A model generated the notes under the pieces. It made no database searches, was not told the origin of the DNA, and saw only the letters and a list, made by a program, of their open reading frames with translations. This document shows, piece after piece, positions 8,357 to 16,938 of a stretch of 64,000 nt of DNA. The position numbers were made by a program, and so were the translations under genes. The stretch is from a virus: positions 1 through 64,000 of the IMG/VR virus record IMGVR_UViG_3300029319_000003. One strand, 5' to 3'. Positions within the stretch are counted from its first letter, which is position 1. Each line of letters begins with the position of its first letter.

Positions 8357-8638
8357 TTATTCGACGGGGCGAATATAAACCGGGCGCATCAGAGTTGGTC
8401 CGTCGTCCGAATCAATCTCAAAATAATACTCACCAGTAATATACGCGGGAGTTGCCGGCGCTTCTTGGGACTGTTGCGTCCAATAACTTCCATCAATCAT
8501 GACAAACGGCACACGCGCTGTCAACTCTGGATTAACCGCTGCTTGAGCGGTGGTGGCTTCGCGGCTAGCCATGTGTGCTGGAGCGCACGAACTCAGCATC
8601 AACGATACCACGACTGCAAATACTTTCAACATATCCAA
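8357..8638 (-). CDS. putative lipoprotein
   Basis: Signal peptide with lipobox-like LSSC; SD GGAGG; CTATTTA motif upstream at 8661-8667. Confidence 0.6.
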   Translation of the reverse strand: MDMLKVFAVVVSLMLSSCAPAHMASREATTAQAAVNPELTARVPFVMIDGSYWTQQSQEAPATPAYITGEYYFEIDSDDGPTLMRPVYIRPVE

Positions 8639-8691
8639 TTCCCTCCTTTGGGTACGACTATAAATAGCAACTGGCGCACAAAACGCCAGTT

Positions 8692-9045
8692 TTATCTATT
8701 CATAACAGTCCAGTAATCATAACTCCAAATATTATACCAATGCTGCTCATCCGTGTTCATCTCATCGCTCTCTTCCAACTCCGTAGACCACTGAATTCGC
8801 AGTTGTTTTAGCGCAGGAGCATCACCACGATTTAAAACTGGGTCCACTCTAGTTTCCAACACAAGTCCATAGTATTTCTTTCTTGCTCCCGGTCTTGAAT
8901 ACTCCACAAGGTCACCGGCTCGGATTGTGTTTAGAAAGTGTTTCTGTAGTTCGCGCTGTTTGACATACCACTCTATTTCCTCGGGTGAGGACGCCTTGAG
9001 GCGCGATGGTATTCGCCCATATGGTCCGAACTTGTCATGTGCCAT
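8692..9045 (-). CDS. hypothetical protein with SH3-like C-terminal part
   Basis: IRAGDLVEY...IQW. Confidence 0.6.
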   Translation of the reverse strand: MAHDKFGPYGRIPSRLKASSPEEIEWYVKQRELQKHFLNTIRAGDLVEYSRPGARKKYYGLVLETRVDPVLNRGDAPALKQLRIQWSTELEESDEMNTDEQHWYNIWSYDYWTVMNR

Positions 9046-9394
9046 TTTTGACCTCGCTGACTAGAACCAATTCGGTGCTGAACATCCACACCGGTCTGTT
9101 CGATTCAGTCGATGGATCTCCGCTCTGCCATAACACCAAATAGATTGGCTTGTAAAGCAAATATTCAGGAATCTCTTCTATATCCCACAGATCATGATTA
9201 GGTGTGAACTCATATGGGACATTTGTTTGCCGCTCATGAAACAAATCAACAACATCACCGTTGTTAGATCTTGTCTCGACAATGAGCCCAACACCTACAT
9301 CCAATTCAATATCATCTTTTAACCGGACAAGATCCCCAACATTAATTTTTATCTTTTGATCTGTCACGGCGCACCCCCACAAACTATGCCTCAC
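9035..9394 (-). CDS. SH3-like hypothetical protein (start possibly further in)
   Basis: INVGDLVRL...VLW...ELVLVSE. Confidence 0.6.
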   Translation of the reverse strand: MRHSLWGCAVTDQKIKINVGDLVRLKDDIELDVGVGLIVETRSNNGDVVDLFHERQTNVPYEFTPNHDLWDIEEIPEYLLYKPIYLVLWQSGDPSTESNRPVWMFSTELVLVSEVKNGT

Positions 9395-9620
9395 CTACAT
9401 CATCTGTAATAATTATAGATGCCAGCAGTTCTTCTTCAGTTGGCTGCAAGACTTCCGCTAAGTTTTTTAAAAATTGTCCAGTCTGACTCTCTGCTTGTTG
9501 TAGATCATCAAGCAATGAAAACGCCATCGCGGCTTCATCGGCAACTCGATCATTCTCTTTAATGAGGTCGGCATTCGCGGCTTTTAATTCTTCGACCTGC
9601 ACCTTCAACTGAGCGATCAT
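9384..9620 (-). CDS. coiled-coil hypothetical protein
   Basis: Probable start MIAQLK at 9620 (SD AAGGA). Confidence 0.55.
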   Translation of the reverse strand: MIAQLKVQVEELKAANADLIKENDRVADEAAMAFSLLDDLQQAESQTGQFLKNLAEVLQPTEEELLASIIITDDVGEA

Positions 9621-9876
9621 GTCGTCCTTTCGAAAGAACTCTTTCTTCGCCCTCATCAATCCTTTGGTATAGGTCACCTTCAGAACAGACATACCTTTTA
9701 ATAACTTCTGCACTGTCTCCGAGTTGAGATATTTCATAATTCCACTCCCATGTCACCGCCCGCTCTGTCTTGCCGCTTCCAATCGGAAACCGGCTGGTGA
9801 TGACAAACAACGCGCCATGATAAAACTCTGATCTGATCAGTGACCCGACTTGATACTTTGGTTTGCTTAACTTCAC
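9559..9876 (-). CDS. SH3-like hypothetical protein
   Basis: GTG start after GGGAG; YQVGSLIR. Confidence 0.5.
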   Translation of the reverse strand: MKLSKPKYQVGSLIRSEFYHGALFVITSRFPIGSGKTERAVTWEWNYEISQLGDSAEVIKRYVCSEGDLYQRIDEGEERVLSKGRHDRSVEGAGRRIKSRECRPH

Positions 9877-9890
9877 TACTTCTCCCGTGT

Positions 9891-10448
9891 CTAGTAGTCT
9901 TGGATTGAATCATTTTCTTTGTCATAATAGGCAAATGGAATATCTGGATACTTATCCTTCATCCACTTAATCTCAAAACGTGGGGGTTGCTTAAGGTAAA
10001 CAACCTTTTGAACGTGCTTGAAGGGAATAGTGGTGCCCAAAGCATCCACTTGAGGATCGATGCCACTTCCAGAGCCAGCAGCAGAGTCTCGCATGGTCAC
10101 CCGAATCTCCGCTTCATTTGGCGCTGTTGGGTGCTGGACCGACCTAAACTCATAATTGCCGTCAGCAGCCAAGCCCGGTCCTTCAAGGACCAGCACCAGA
10201 TTTCCAAAGTTGCCACCTTTGACAACATCAAAATCTGTGGTAAGGGAGACGCCTTCTTGACCACCGCCGTGGCGGCTCTCTGCCTTATCGGTGATACCGC
10301 CTTCGTGTATCGAAGTAAATCTTGTAGGCTGGGTCGCGTGATAAAGTTCACCGGGAATCTCTGATGGCTGGAGCAGCCCAGCATCAGGGTCTTCCTCCAT
10401 TGTAGATTCCGTTAAGAACTTACGCCAGTTTTCAATTATAAGTTTCAT
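9891..10448 (-). CDS. ENWR-leader protein; ADP-ribosyltransferase-like domain
   Basis: Leader MKLIIENWRKFLTE; LYHAT...GVSLTTD...EAEIRV. Confidence 0.6.
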   Translation of the reverse strand: MKLIIENWRKFLTESTMEEDPDAGLLQPSEIPGELYHATQPTRFTSIHEGGITDKAESRHGGGQEGVSLTTDFDVVKGGNFGNLVLVLEGPGLAADGNYEFRSVQHPTAPNEAEIRVTMRDSAAGSGSGIDPQVDALGTTIPFKHVQKVVYLKQPPRFEIKWMKDKYPDIPFAYYDKENDSIQDY

Positions 10449-10460
10449 TGCCCGTTCCTT

Positions 10461-10916
10461 CTATACATTGTATGTTTTTTGCTTGCCGCCCTTGGAGGCA
10501 AAATTGTCTGTCTTAAAATCATCCTTACGCATAACTGTAATAATCTTCATGCTGTCTGGACCTTTTACCATGTTCAGTACAGCAATGACATTCAGCGCTG
10601 GCACGTTGCCAGACTTACCCTTCATGCGAATATGAAATGGCTCTTCGTTTGCCAACTCGCCGTTAGCATAGTCGTTCATAATCAAGCCCATTGCGCGATC
10701 TACTGCCTGAACAATAGAGTCTTTGGAAATCTTGCTGCCCTTGCCACCCTGCTTGTGACGGAAGCGCCGCTCCTCGCCATGCTTAGTGGGCTCCAAGTCT
10801 AAATCTTCAATGTCGATACGAACATTGCCAACCTTGATCATCTGACTTTGACCACCGAGATTCTTGTAGGACTCTTCCCCAAGATAACTCCTCCAGTTTT
10901 CCATAAGATTCTTCAT
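10461..10916 (-). CDS. ENWR-leader protein; RelE/DUF4258-like (BECR) RNase-like domain
   Basis: True start MKNLMENWRSYLGE at 10916; HGEERRFRH...IITVMRK. Confidence 0.5.
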   Translation of the reverse strand: MKNLMENWRSYLGEESYKNLGGQSQMIKVGNVRIDIEDLDLEPTKHGEERRFRHKQGGKGSKISKDSIVQAVDRAMGLIMNDYANGELANEEPFHIRMKGKSGNVPALNVIAVLNMVKGPDSMKIITVMRKDDFKTDNFASKGGKQKTYNV

Positions 10917-10917
10917 T

Positions 10918-11721
10918 CTACCAATCCTTGCAAGACCAGTAGCCTGCTGACAACTTGTCTTTCTTTTCATCGCAGTTGTGGCGGCTCCTAAAATTCTTCT
11001 TGCTGTCCTTGTCGTCGCTCTTGTTTTCCATCTTGGCATCACCAAAGCGGATGATCTTTTCCTTGTCACCATCGCAAGCCTTAACAACCTTCTGCTTCTT
11101 TCCGTAACCGGGTTCGCCTTCTTTGATATACCGAGGCGAGTTGCACTTCATGCGGTCCTTGTCTGTCTCTTCAAAGATGGTGTTCGTAAAGAGTGTGTTA
11201 ATTTCTTCTTTCTGAAGCATCTTCTTCATGCCCCTCTTACGGCTGGCTTCGTTTTCTTTCTCTACCTCATCGTCATACTTGTCCAAGACTTTGGCTTCGT
11301 CCTGCTGCGGTACACAATTTGGAACTTTGCCGCCGTCCTTGCCGGGTTTCATGCCAATCTGCTCATAGCCATCCTGACACGGATCATCTTCCCGCTTGTA
11401 CTTCGCCTCATCCACGTCCAAAGTTTCTGGATAGTCGTCGTCACCGGGCTTTGCTTTCTTTTCTCCCGATCCCGCTTTCATTCTTTTCTTCTTCGCGTGG
11501 ATGTTTGCCCACAGCCCCTTGTTCTTGCCTTCATCAACCTCGGGCTTGTCGTGCCCCCAGCCCTTCTTGTCAAGTTCGACATGCTGCTCATAGGTTTCGG
11601 CTTTCTTGCCTTCGCCCGTCTCAGGATCATACATCATGTGAGGCTCAAACTCCTCTTCTTCCTTAGACTTTTCCTTTTCTTCATTGACGAATCGTCGCCA
11701 ATTCTCCATCAAATGCTTCAT
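10918..11721 (-). CDS. ENWR-leader protein; mosaic of short repeated phage motifs
   Basis: Start MKHLMENWRRFVNE at 11721; GLWANIHAK, C.DGYEQIGMK...VPNCVP, IRFGD...FRSRHNC...YWSCKDW. Confidence 0.7.
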   Translation of the reverse strand: MKHLMENWRRFVNEEKEKSKEEEEFEPHMMYDPETGEGKKAETYEQHVELDKKGWGHDKPEVDEGKNKGLWANIHAKKKRMKAGSGEKKAKPGDDDYPETLDVDEAKYKREDDPCQDGYEQIGMKPGKDGGKVPNCVPQQDEAKVLDKYDDEVEKENEASRKRGMKKMLQKEEINTLFTNTIFEETDKDRMKCNSPRYIKEGEPGYGKKQKVVKACDGDKEKIIRFGDAKMENKSDDKDSKKNFRSRHNCDEKKDKLSAGYWSCKDW

Positions 11722-12065
11722 AGGTATCTTCTCCACGCCCAAAAGGGTCTTTGTTCTAAATAGTTTTCATTATACTGACAAGTATATGCTTCTTTTTCAA
11801 AAGGGTTTTCAAAGTAAGCAATCGCCCCATTTCTAGTCTTTGCATATCCAATCAGCCAAAATAATCCATACATCAGCCACTGCCCGACAAATCCCATTTC
11901 TACTTGCTGCTTGTAGTGAATAGTTTCATGCCGCTTAAGACGGTCGTCCATCTCGCCTCTCGACCAAACCCAGATGCCAAAACTGATCGCACCAATTTCA
12001 ATTGGGGAGATTTTTGAAAGCCAAACAGGGACTTTGCTGTTTTCTATAAAGATAGGTAAGTTCAT
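11718..12065 (-). CDS. HExxH zincin-like metalloprotease (no leader)
   Basis: Start MNLPIF at 12065 (ATGA overlap); HETIH...NPFEKEAY. Confidence 0.65.
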   Translation of the reverse strand: MNLPIFIENSKVPVWLSKISPIEIGAISFGIWVWSRGEMDDRLKRHETIHYKQQVEMGFVGQWLMYGLFWLIGYAKTRNGAIAYFENPFEKEAYTCQYNENYLEQRPFWAWRRYL

Positions 12066-12868
12066 GCTTTCTCCTTTGATTGACTGATGATCTGAGTATA
12101 AAGTTTTTTCCAAAACTTCTGCATCTCTTCTGGCTTGTCTCCGAGCGCCTGCTCGTAGTCGCCAACAACGCCACCAAGTTTAGAATCCTTTCTCTTAATT
12201 AGTTCTAAAGCCTGTTCCGGCGTGTACTTATCTAATAATTCTTCTGCTGCCTCATGGGCGAATGCGTCCACCTCGTTGTGACGACTAAGATACCCAGCCC
12301 TTGTTCCGGTCTTATCGATCTGCTTTGGATCTTCGATCATTTGTTCGAAAGCCTCTTCCTCTGGGATTCCCTTGCTAGCAGCCTGCTTCTTCAACTGGTT
12401 GTAATGAACCAATTCGTGGTTAAGCGTTGTTGAAATCTTCTTTACCAGTTCACTTGGATCAAGGTCGTTCATATCAAACTCTTCTGAGATGGGGCGTAAC
12501 TCAATCCACACATCGTGTAGTCCGTTTTTTGGTCCACGATACTGCCCTTGCATCATCCAGTTGTTCGGGTATCCTCCGAACTGATCATCGGGTGCAAGTT
12601 CGTAGCCGGCTTCAGTGGTTACCGTAATAATAAAGTTTAAATCTGTGTTGAGTTCTTCAGCCTTTGCATTGAGCGCAGACATGAGGGCTTCACTGGCAGG
12701 CGATCCCATGTTGGCAGTGCCGCCGACTTCATCCACATCGTCTTCTGTGTGTGGCTGGGTCCAGAAGTTGGAGTCAATCATTGCCTGACGAAATCCTTTC
12801 TTCTGTTCTGGTGGAACATCCGTCGCCTCTACGAGAAAGCGCCTCCAATTTTCCATCAACTGCTTCAT
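12062..12868 (-). CDS. ENWR-leader protein; zincin-like metalloprotease domain
   Basis: Start MKQLMENWRRFLVE at 12868; HELVH...EVDAFAHE. Confidence 0.65.
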   Translation of the reverse strand: MKQLMENWRRFLVEATDVPPEQKKGFRQAMIDSNFWTQPHTEDDVDEVGGTANMGSPASEALMSALNAKAEELNTDLNFIITVTTEAGYELAPDDQFGGYPNNWMMQGQYRGPKNGLHDVWIELRPISEEFDMNDLDPSELVKKISTTLNHELVHYNQLKKQAASKGIPEEEAFEQMIEDPKQIDKTGTRAGYLSRHNEVDAFAHEAAEELLDKYTPEQALELIKRKDSKLGGVVGDYEQALGDKPEEMQKFWKKLYTQIISQSKEKA

Positions 12869-13269
12869 CCTCCTTTCTCCCACGGACCTTCGTGTCCCGA
12901 CTTCATACAATTAATCATAGATTCTTCAGCGTTATACTCTGCATGTATCTCTGGCTGGTAAAGTTCATAGTATGCGTCCTTTGGAATCCCGTCTGGCTTG
13001 GTGAACTTTGTCTGATCATCAAAGACCAAATCTCCCATCTCAACCCAAGCGTGATTATAACTCTCTCCACTAAATTTGTCTGTGACTTTACCGTGAACAA
13101 CTTTGAATTTATCTTTATCGTCAATATCTGGGTGTACCTTCCCATCGTCACCGATGTGATCATTTGACCACTTGGTTGCCATTCTGTTCGCAAACGGATA
13201 GCACTGACCGACTGCAATTGTACCGCCCTCTGTCAAATACTTTCGCCACTGTTCCATAATAAGTTTCAT
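12865..13269 (-). CDS. ENWR-leader protein; transglutaminase/papain-like domain
   Basis: MKLIMEQWRKYLTE; GQCY...HAWVE...D candidate Cys-His-Asp triad. Confidence 0.55.
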   Translation of the reverse strand: MKLIMEQWRKYLTEGGTIAVGQCYPFANRMATKWSNDHIGDDGKVHPDIDDKDKFKVVHGKVTDKFSGESYNHAWVEMGDLVFDDQTKFTKPDGIPKDAYYELYQPEIHAEYNAEESMINCMKSGHEGPWEKGG

Positions 13270-13895
13270 GATACACCCTTCCCTACCTTTAGTTTGCCCA
13301 TGCCGAGCAACTTTTCCATTGTTGGGTTGCCCTTCGCTCTAAAAATTCTTGAAGTGGGCGCGTCATACCACTCACCTTTGTTGTAATCTGTCCACACAAT
13401 AGAAGTGTGTTGACCACAGTCGTCGCTTGGGTCATCTGGGGTTAGTTGCTTCAACATTCTGTGTTGTACAATATCTAACTGTGCGCTTTCAATATCGGAT
13501 CGGTTCTCGTCATAATATTTCCACACTGCATGGGCATCCTTGGAAACTGAGCCCCTGTCTGCCATCAGCCCGCCACCTTTGTGTGTTGCCCATTCCATAG
13601 CAAGATCATAAAGCATCGGACCCCAGCCACTCGCAGCGTCAGCAGCCTTTACATAATACCCGTCAAGACAGTCGCCGTAATTCATATCTTTGGCTTTCAC
13701 AACCGCAACATATCCTGATGGTCCTCCGCTGTCTGCCGAGCCGCCCCATTGTTTACCGCCATCTTTAGTATAAATAAAATAGAATACGCCCCCCTGCTCC
13801 TTGCTCACCTCGATACCATAACCTTCCGGTATTTCATCAGGAGTTTTCATTCCTTCGGATAGGAAGTTGCGCCATGTCTCCATCAATAGTCTCAT
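13266..13895 (-). CDS. ENWR-leader protein; GNAT-like domain
   Basis: MRLLMETWRNFLSE; GWGPMLYDLAMEWA...SKDAHAVWKYY. Confidence 0.55.
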   Translation of the reverse strand: MRLLMETWRNFLSEGMKTPDEIPEGYGIEVSKEQGGVFYFIYTKDGGKQWGGSADSGGPSGYVAVVKAKDMNYGDCLDGYYVKAADAASGWGPMLYDLAMEWATHKGGGLMADRGSVSKDAHAVWKYYDENRSDIESAQLDIVQHRMLKQLTPDDPSDDCGQHTSIVWTDYNKGEWYDAPTSRIFRAKGNPTMEKLLGMGKLKVGKGVS

Positions 13896-14620
13896 ACCAC
13901 AATCAATCTCCCGGCTGCTTTGAGCGCCTGCATAACTTCTGGGTTAGGTTTGTAATACATCTTGGACACTGGCAAGGCTGCCCACTCCTCTCCAGCAGCA
14001 GCGACCGCCTTACCCTGATCGCAATCATCTTCCGGCTTGTCTGGTGTCAACTGAGGGAATTGCTTCTGTTTCTCTCTCGTTCCAGACAAGCCGTGGTCAA
14101 TGTCCATCTGCTTCGCTTCCACGTCTCCGCGCTTCTCGTACTTTGCCCACACTGCCATCGCCTTGTCGGACACAATTCCACGGTCAGCGGTCAAGCCACC
14201 GCCCTTCTGTGATGCCCACTCAAGCGCGACCTCGTACAGCAGTGGACCCCAGCCCTGCTCGGCTCCGGTGGCTAAAATAATATACCCATCGTAACACTCA
14301 CCATCCGCTGTTGGCTCCGACTTGTAAATCTCGACCTGACCATACAATTCATACTTCTCTCGGTTTTCATAGAAATCATCCTCAAAGTATTCCTCTGCTT
14401 GCCCCGGTTGGAGGTCGCCGGGAAATGCCATGTCGTGGAATTGTGGAGGGTCTGCCTCGGGGTCTGTGATTAGAACGTACTTGAATGCTTTGCCGAAGCC
14501 ATCGCTTGTAATCGCTACACCGATATTCTCATACGCAATCAAATTATCTAATTGCTTTTGGATACGCGGATCGATTCCCTCGTTCAAGAACCTACGCCAA
14601 TTTTCAAATAAGAGTTTCAT
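13892..14620 (-). CDS. ENWR-leader protein; GNAT-like domain (paralog of 13266-13895)
   Basis: Start MKLLFENWRRFLNE at 14620; GWGPLLYEVALEWA...SDKAMAVWAKY. Confidence 0.55.
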   Translation of the reverse strand: MKLLFENWRRFLNEGIDPRIQKQLDNLIAYENIGVAITSDGFGKAFKYVLITDPEADPPQFHDMAFPGDLQPGQAEEYFEDDFYENREKYELYGQVEIYKSEPTADGECYDGYIILATGAEQGWGPLLYEVALEWASQKGGGLTADRGIVSDKAMAVWAKYEKRGDVEAKQMDIDHGLSGTREKQKQFPQLTPDKPEDDCDQGKAVAAAGEEWAALPVSKMYYKPNPEVMQALKAAGRLIVV

Positions 14621-15477
14621 CTTGGCCATCCCTCTGGATCTCTTTCCACAATCACATGTGGAATAAACATGTCGTCTTCTGGATCTGCAAGGTATTCCCA
14701 CACCACAAAATCCATTTCCTGCTCTACCCTGCTCTGTCCTTCTGAAGATTTAATAATCTCTACCAACTCGGGCATCAGCAACTTTACAACATCGCGCTTT
14801 GCTTGCTCTATTTCAGGCTTAAGGTCTTGAATTGCCGCGAGCCACATTTCCATGACCCGTGGAATTAATTCTTTTTCTAATCGCCCTGCGCTTGCTTGTG
14901 TAAGTAAATACTTCTGAATAATATCTTTTGGTTGTTTGCCGGTGGCTTCAGCCCGCGCCAGAATTCCCGAGGCAAAAGCCTCAACTTCAACATTGGTGCC
15001 GTAGTATTCGATCTCTTCTGGATCAGGAGTAACAATCCCCATCTCTTCCTGCCCCAGATGTGTAACTTCGTGCTGAATGATCTCGATCAACTCCTCTTCA
15101 ATCTCTGATAAAAAAGTTTGAAGGTCTTGCGTCGGATCTATTTCAATAAAAAACTTAATCTCTGGAATCGCATCATCTCGCAATCCGGCTTCGCCACGGA
15201 TATTCCAATGTACACCAGAACCCTCTTCCGCTTCCATCAACGGAGGTGCTGCACCGGGTGGTGCGCTCTTGGATCGCGCCTTTGGCGGGTTGCGGTCATA
15301 AGGACCACCGCCCTTTTTCTTCTTACCCTTAGTAGATAGTCGCTTCGAAGCGTGACCTTTCTTCATCTTGTTTTGGAATTCATTGTCGCCTTTGTCTGAA
15401 GTGTCAACCCAAGACTTACGTCCGTGTCGAGTCTCTTCAGCCACAAATCGCCGCCAATTTTCCATGATCACCTTCAT
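14617..15477 (-). CDS. ENWR-leader protein; basic linker plus zincin-like domain
   Basis: MKVIMENWRRFVAE; RSKSAPPG motif; HEVTH...EVEAFA. Confidence 0.65.
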   Translation of the reverse strand: MKVIMENWRRFVAEETRHGRKSWVDTSDKGDNEFQNKMKKGHASKRLSTKGKKKKGGGPYDRNPPKARSKSAPPGAAPPLMEAEEGSGVHWNIRGEAGLRDDAIPEIKFFIEIDPTQDLQTFLSEIEEELIEIIQHEVTHLGQEEMGIVTPDPEEIEYYGTNVEVEAFASGILARAEATGKQPKDIIQKYLLTQASAGRLEKELIPRVMEMWLAAIQDLKPEIEQAKRDVVKLLMPELVEIIKSSEGQSRVEQEMDFVVWEYLADPEDDMFIPHVIVERDPEGWPR

Positions 15478-15704
15478 TAACTTTCTGCTCCAACATCAAA
15501 CGGGGCTTCCAGAAAATGGTTTGTTAAAATAATCTCTTTGTTAGTACGATCATAATACATCATCACCATATCCTTTCCAGTTACTCCATCCATTTCCGCT
15601 TCGGAAATCTTAATCTCACCGCCTTCACGCTTGACTAATGCCGTCATCATTGTGAACAGCATTTGTTCGTTGCTTAGTGCGCCTCGTTCATCGTTCTCGC
15701 TCAT
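15477..15704 (-). CDS. hypothetical protein
   Basis: 75 aa, SD GAGGA. Confidence 0.65.
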   Translation of the reverse strand: MSENDERGALSNEQMLFTMMTALVKREGGEIKISEAEMDGVTGKDMVMMYYDRTNKEIILTNHFLEAPFDVGAES

Positions 15705-15867
15705 CGATCCTCACTAGTCCTATAGATAGGCACGCTGCTGAAACAGCAGCAAGTAAAACAATATCTCCATCACCGTGGACAATACCGAAACAAGCCATTG
15801 CAATGTTGAGTGCAAGTGCCCCCATCATCACACGCTTGTCCATTAAAAACTCTTTAAACCTGCTCAT
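15688..15867 (-). CDS. 59-aa two-TM membrane protein (not in the ORF track)
   Basis: MSRFKEFLMDKRVMMGALALNIAMACFGIVHGDGDIVLLAAVSAACLSIGLVRIDERER; ATGA overlap, SD GGAG. Confidence 0.6.
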   Translation of the reverse strand: MSRFKEFLMDKRVMMGALALNIAMACFGIVHGDGDIVLLAAVSAACLSIGLVRIDERER

Positions 15868-16586
15868 GTCGGTTCTCCTACAAAGCCGTTTTCAATATCT
15901 TTTATTACACTCTGTAGTAAAGCGATCAATTCAGGATTCTGGATACCGTTATCATACAAGTCATTAAGGATCTCTTCAATCTTTTGTTGAGCCGGCTCGA
16001 TGATGAGGTGTTCGTTCCCGGTGTACTCTTCCGACAACTCCTTTTCAAACTTGTCGTTAATATCCTCTTCGATCTCTTCTTCAATCGCAGCAGTGGATTG
16101 AGGATGCAGTGCCGATAGTGCCCCTTGGACAGCGGTCGAGCGCTTCTGTTGTGCTCGCGCCCACTCACGATCAACGCGGTTCGGAAACTCGCGACGACCT
16201 TTTCTCGCCCGCATTGCAGCACGCTTCTTCCAGTAAGAAGACAACCTAACTTCTTGCAACATGTCTGGACCGACCCCAAGGATCTCTCCGGCAATTGAAA
16301 GTGCCTGATCTGCAATCTGCCAACGCTCTTCTTCTGTTGGAGGTGGAACCATACCATCCATCACTGCGTGAATCTCGTTTTCAATGGCTGCGCCGTCGGG
16401 ACTTCCGACTGCCTCGGCTGCGTCCTGAGCAAGCATCTGAGCCAGTTCGCCACTCGCGTGCGCCTGTTCAAGCCGACCCGAACCGCGTGATCTATTGGAT
16501 GGTCGCTCTGGACTCTCATTGAGTGCCGCCGATTCGCGCCAAGCATCCCAGTTCTTGTTTATTTTTTTAAATTCCTTAAGTTTCAT
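15864..16586 (-). CDS. putative virion protein with a degenerate leader
   Basis: Start MKLKEFKKINKNWDAWRESAALNE at 16586 (SD GGAGG). Confidence 0.65.
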   Translation of the reverse strand: MKLKEFKKINKNWDAWRESAALNESPERPSNRSRGSGRLEQAHASGELAQMLAQDAAEAVGSPDGAAIENEIHAVMDGMVPPPTEEERWQIADQALSIAGEILGVGPDMLQEVRLSSYWKKRAAMRARKGRREFPNRVDREWARAQQKRSTAVQGALSALHPQSTAAIEEEIEEDINDKFEKELSEEYTGNEHLIIEPAQQKIEEILNDLYDNGIQNPELIALLQSVIKDIENGFVGEPT

Positions 16587-16938
16587 CTGATTCTCCTCCG
16601 AATGTTTCTTGTTCCCCATCTTGATAAGTGATTATTGTCTTGTTTACTGGGTGTGGGTGGATATGAACCCTGATAAAATCAGACATAGAGTCAAAAATAG
16701 CGATGCCGCCGCGTGGTGGCGGGTAGAGCCAGTGTACAATACACTGCCCAGTCGCGAGGACGGCACCTTCAATAACCACACCAGTGCCGGAGACACCGGT
16801 TTCGTCCATTCGCCTTGCAACGGTAAATACCCGGATACCCTCCGGTGCTAAACGAGCCGGGGCTTTTGGAATAAGCGACTCCGGCGCAAACTCTTCCGAC
16901 CCAGATTGCTCTGCGCTACCATCTACATCATCAGTCAT
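16576..16938 (-). CDS. conserved hypothetical protein
   Basis: R..DETGVSGTGVVIEG...G....HW motif. Confidence 0.7.
   Translation of the reverse strand: MTDDVDGSAEQSGSEEFAPESLIPKAPARLAPEGIRVFTVARRMDETGVSGTGVVIEGAVLATGQCIVHWLYPPPRGGIAIFDSMSDFIRVHIHPHPVNKTIITYQDGEQETFGGESDET

Noticed and set aside
9384-9876. 179-nt overlap between two minus-strand ORFs as a programmed frameshift
   Set aside because: A better start with an SD at 9620 reduces the overlap to ~60 nt, and no slippery site was identified.
10978-11763. Long plus-strand ORFs (e.g. 10978-11763, 23356-24135, 25559-26152, 41911-42573)
   Set aside because: They are antisense shadows of well-supported minus-strand genes, with no SD, no motifs and a composition that mirrors the real codons.
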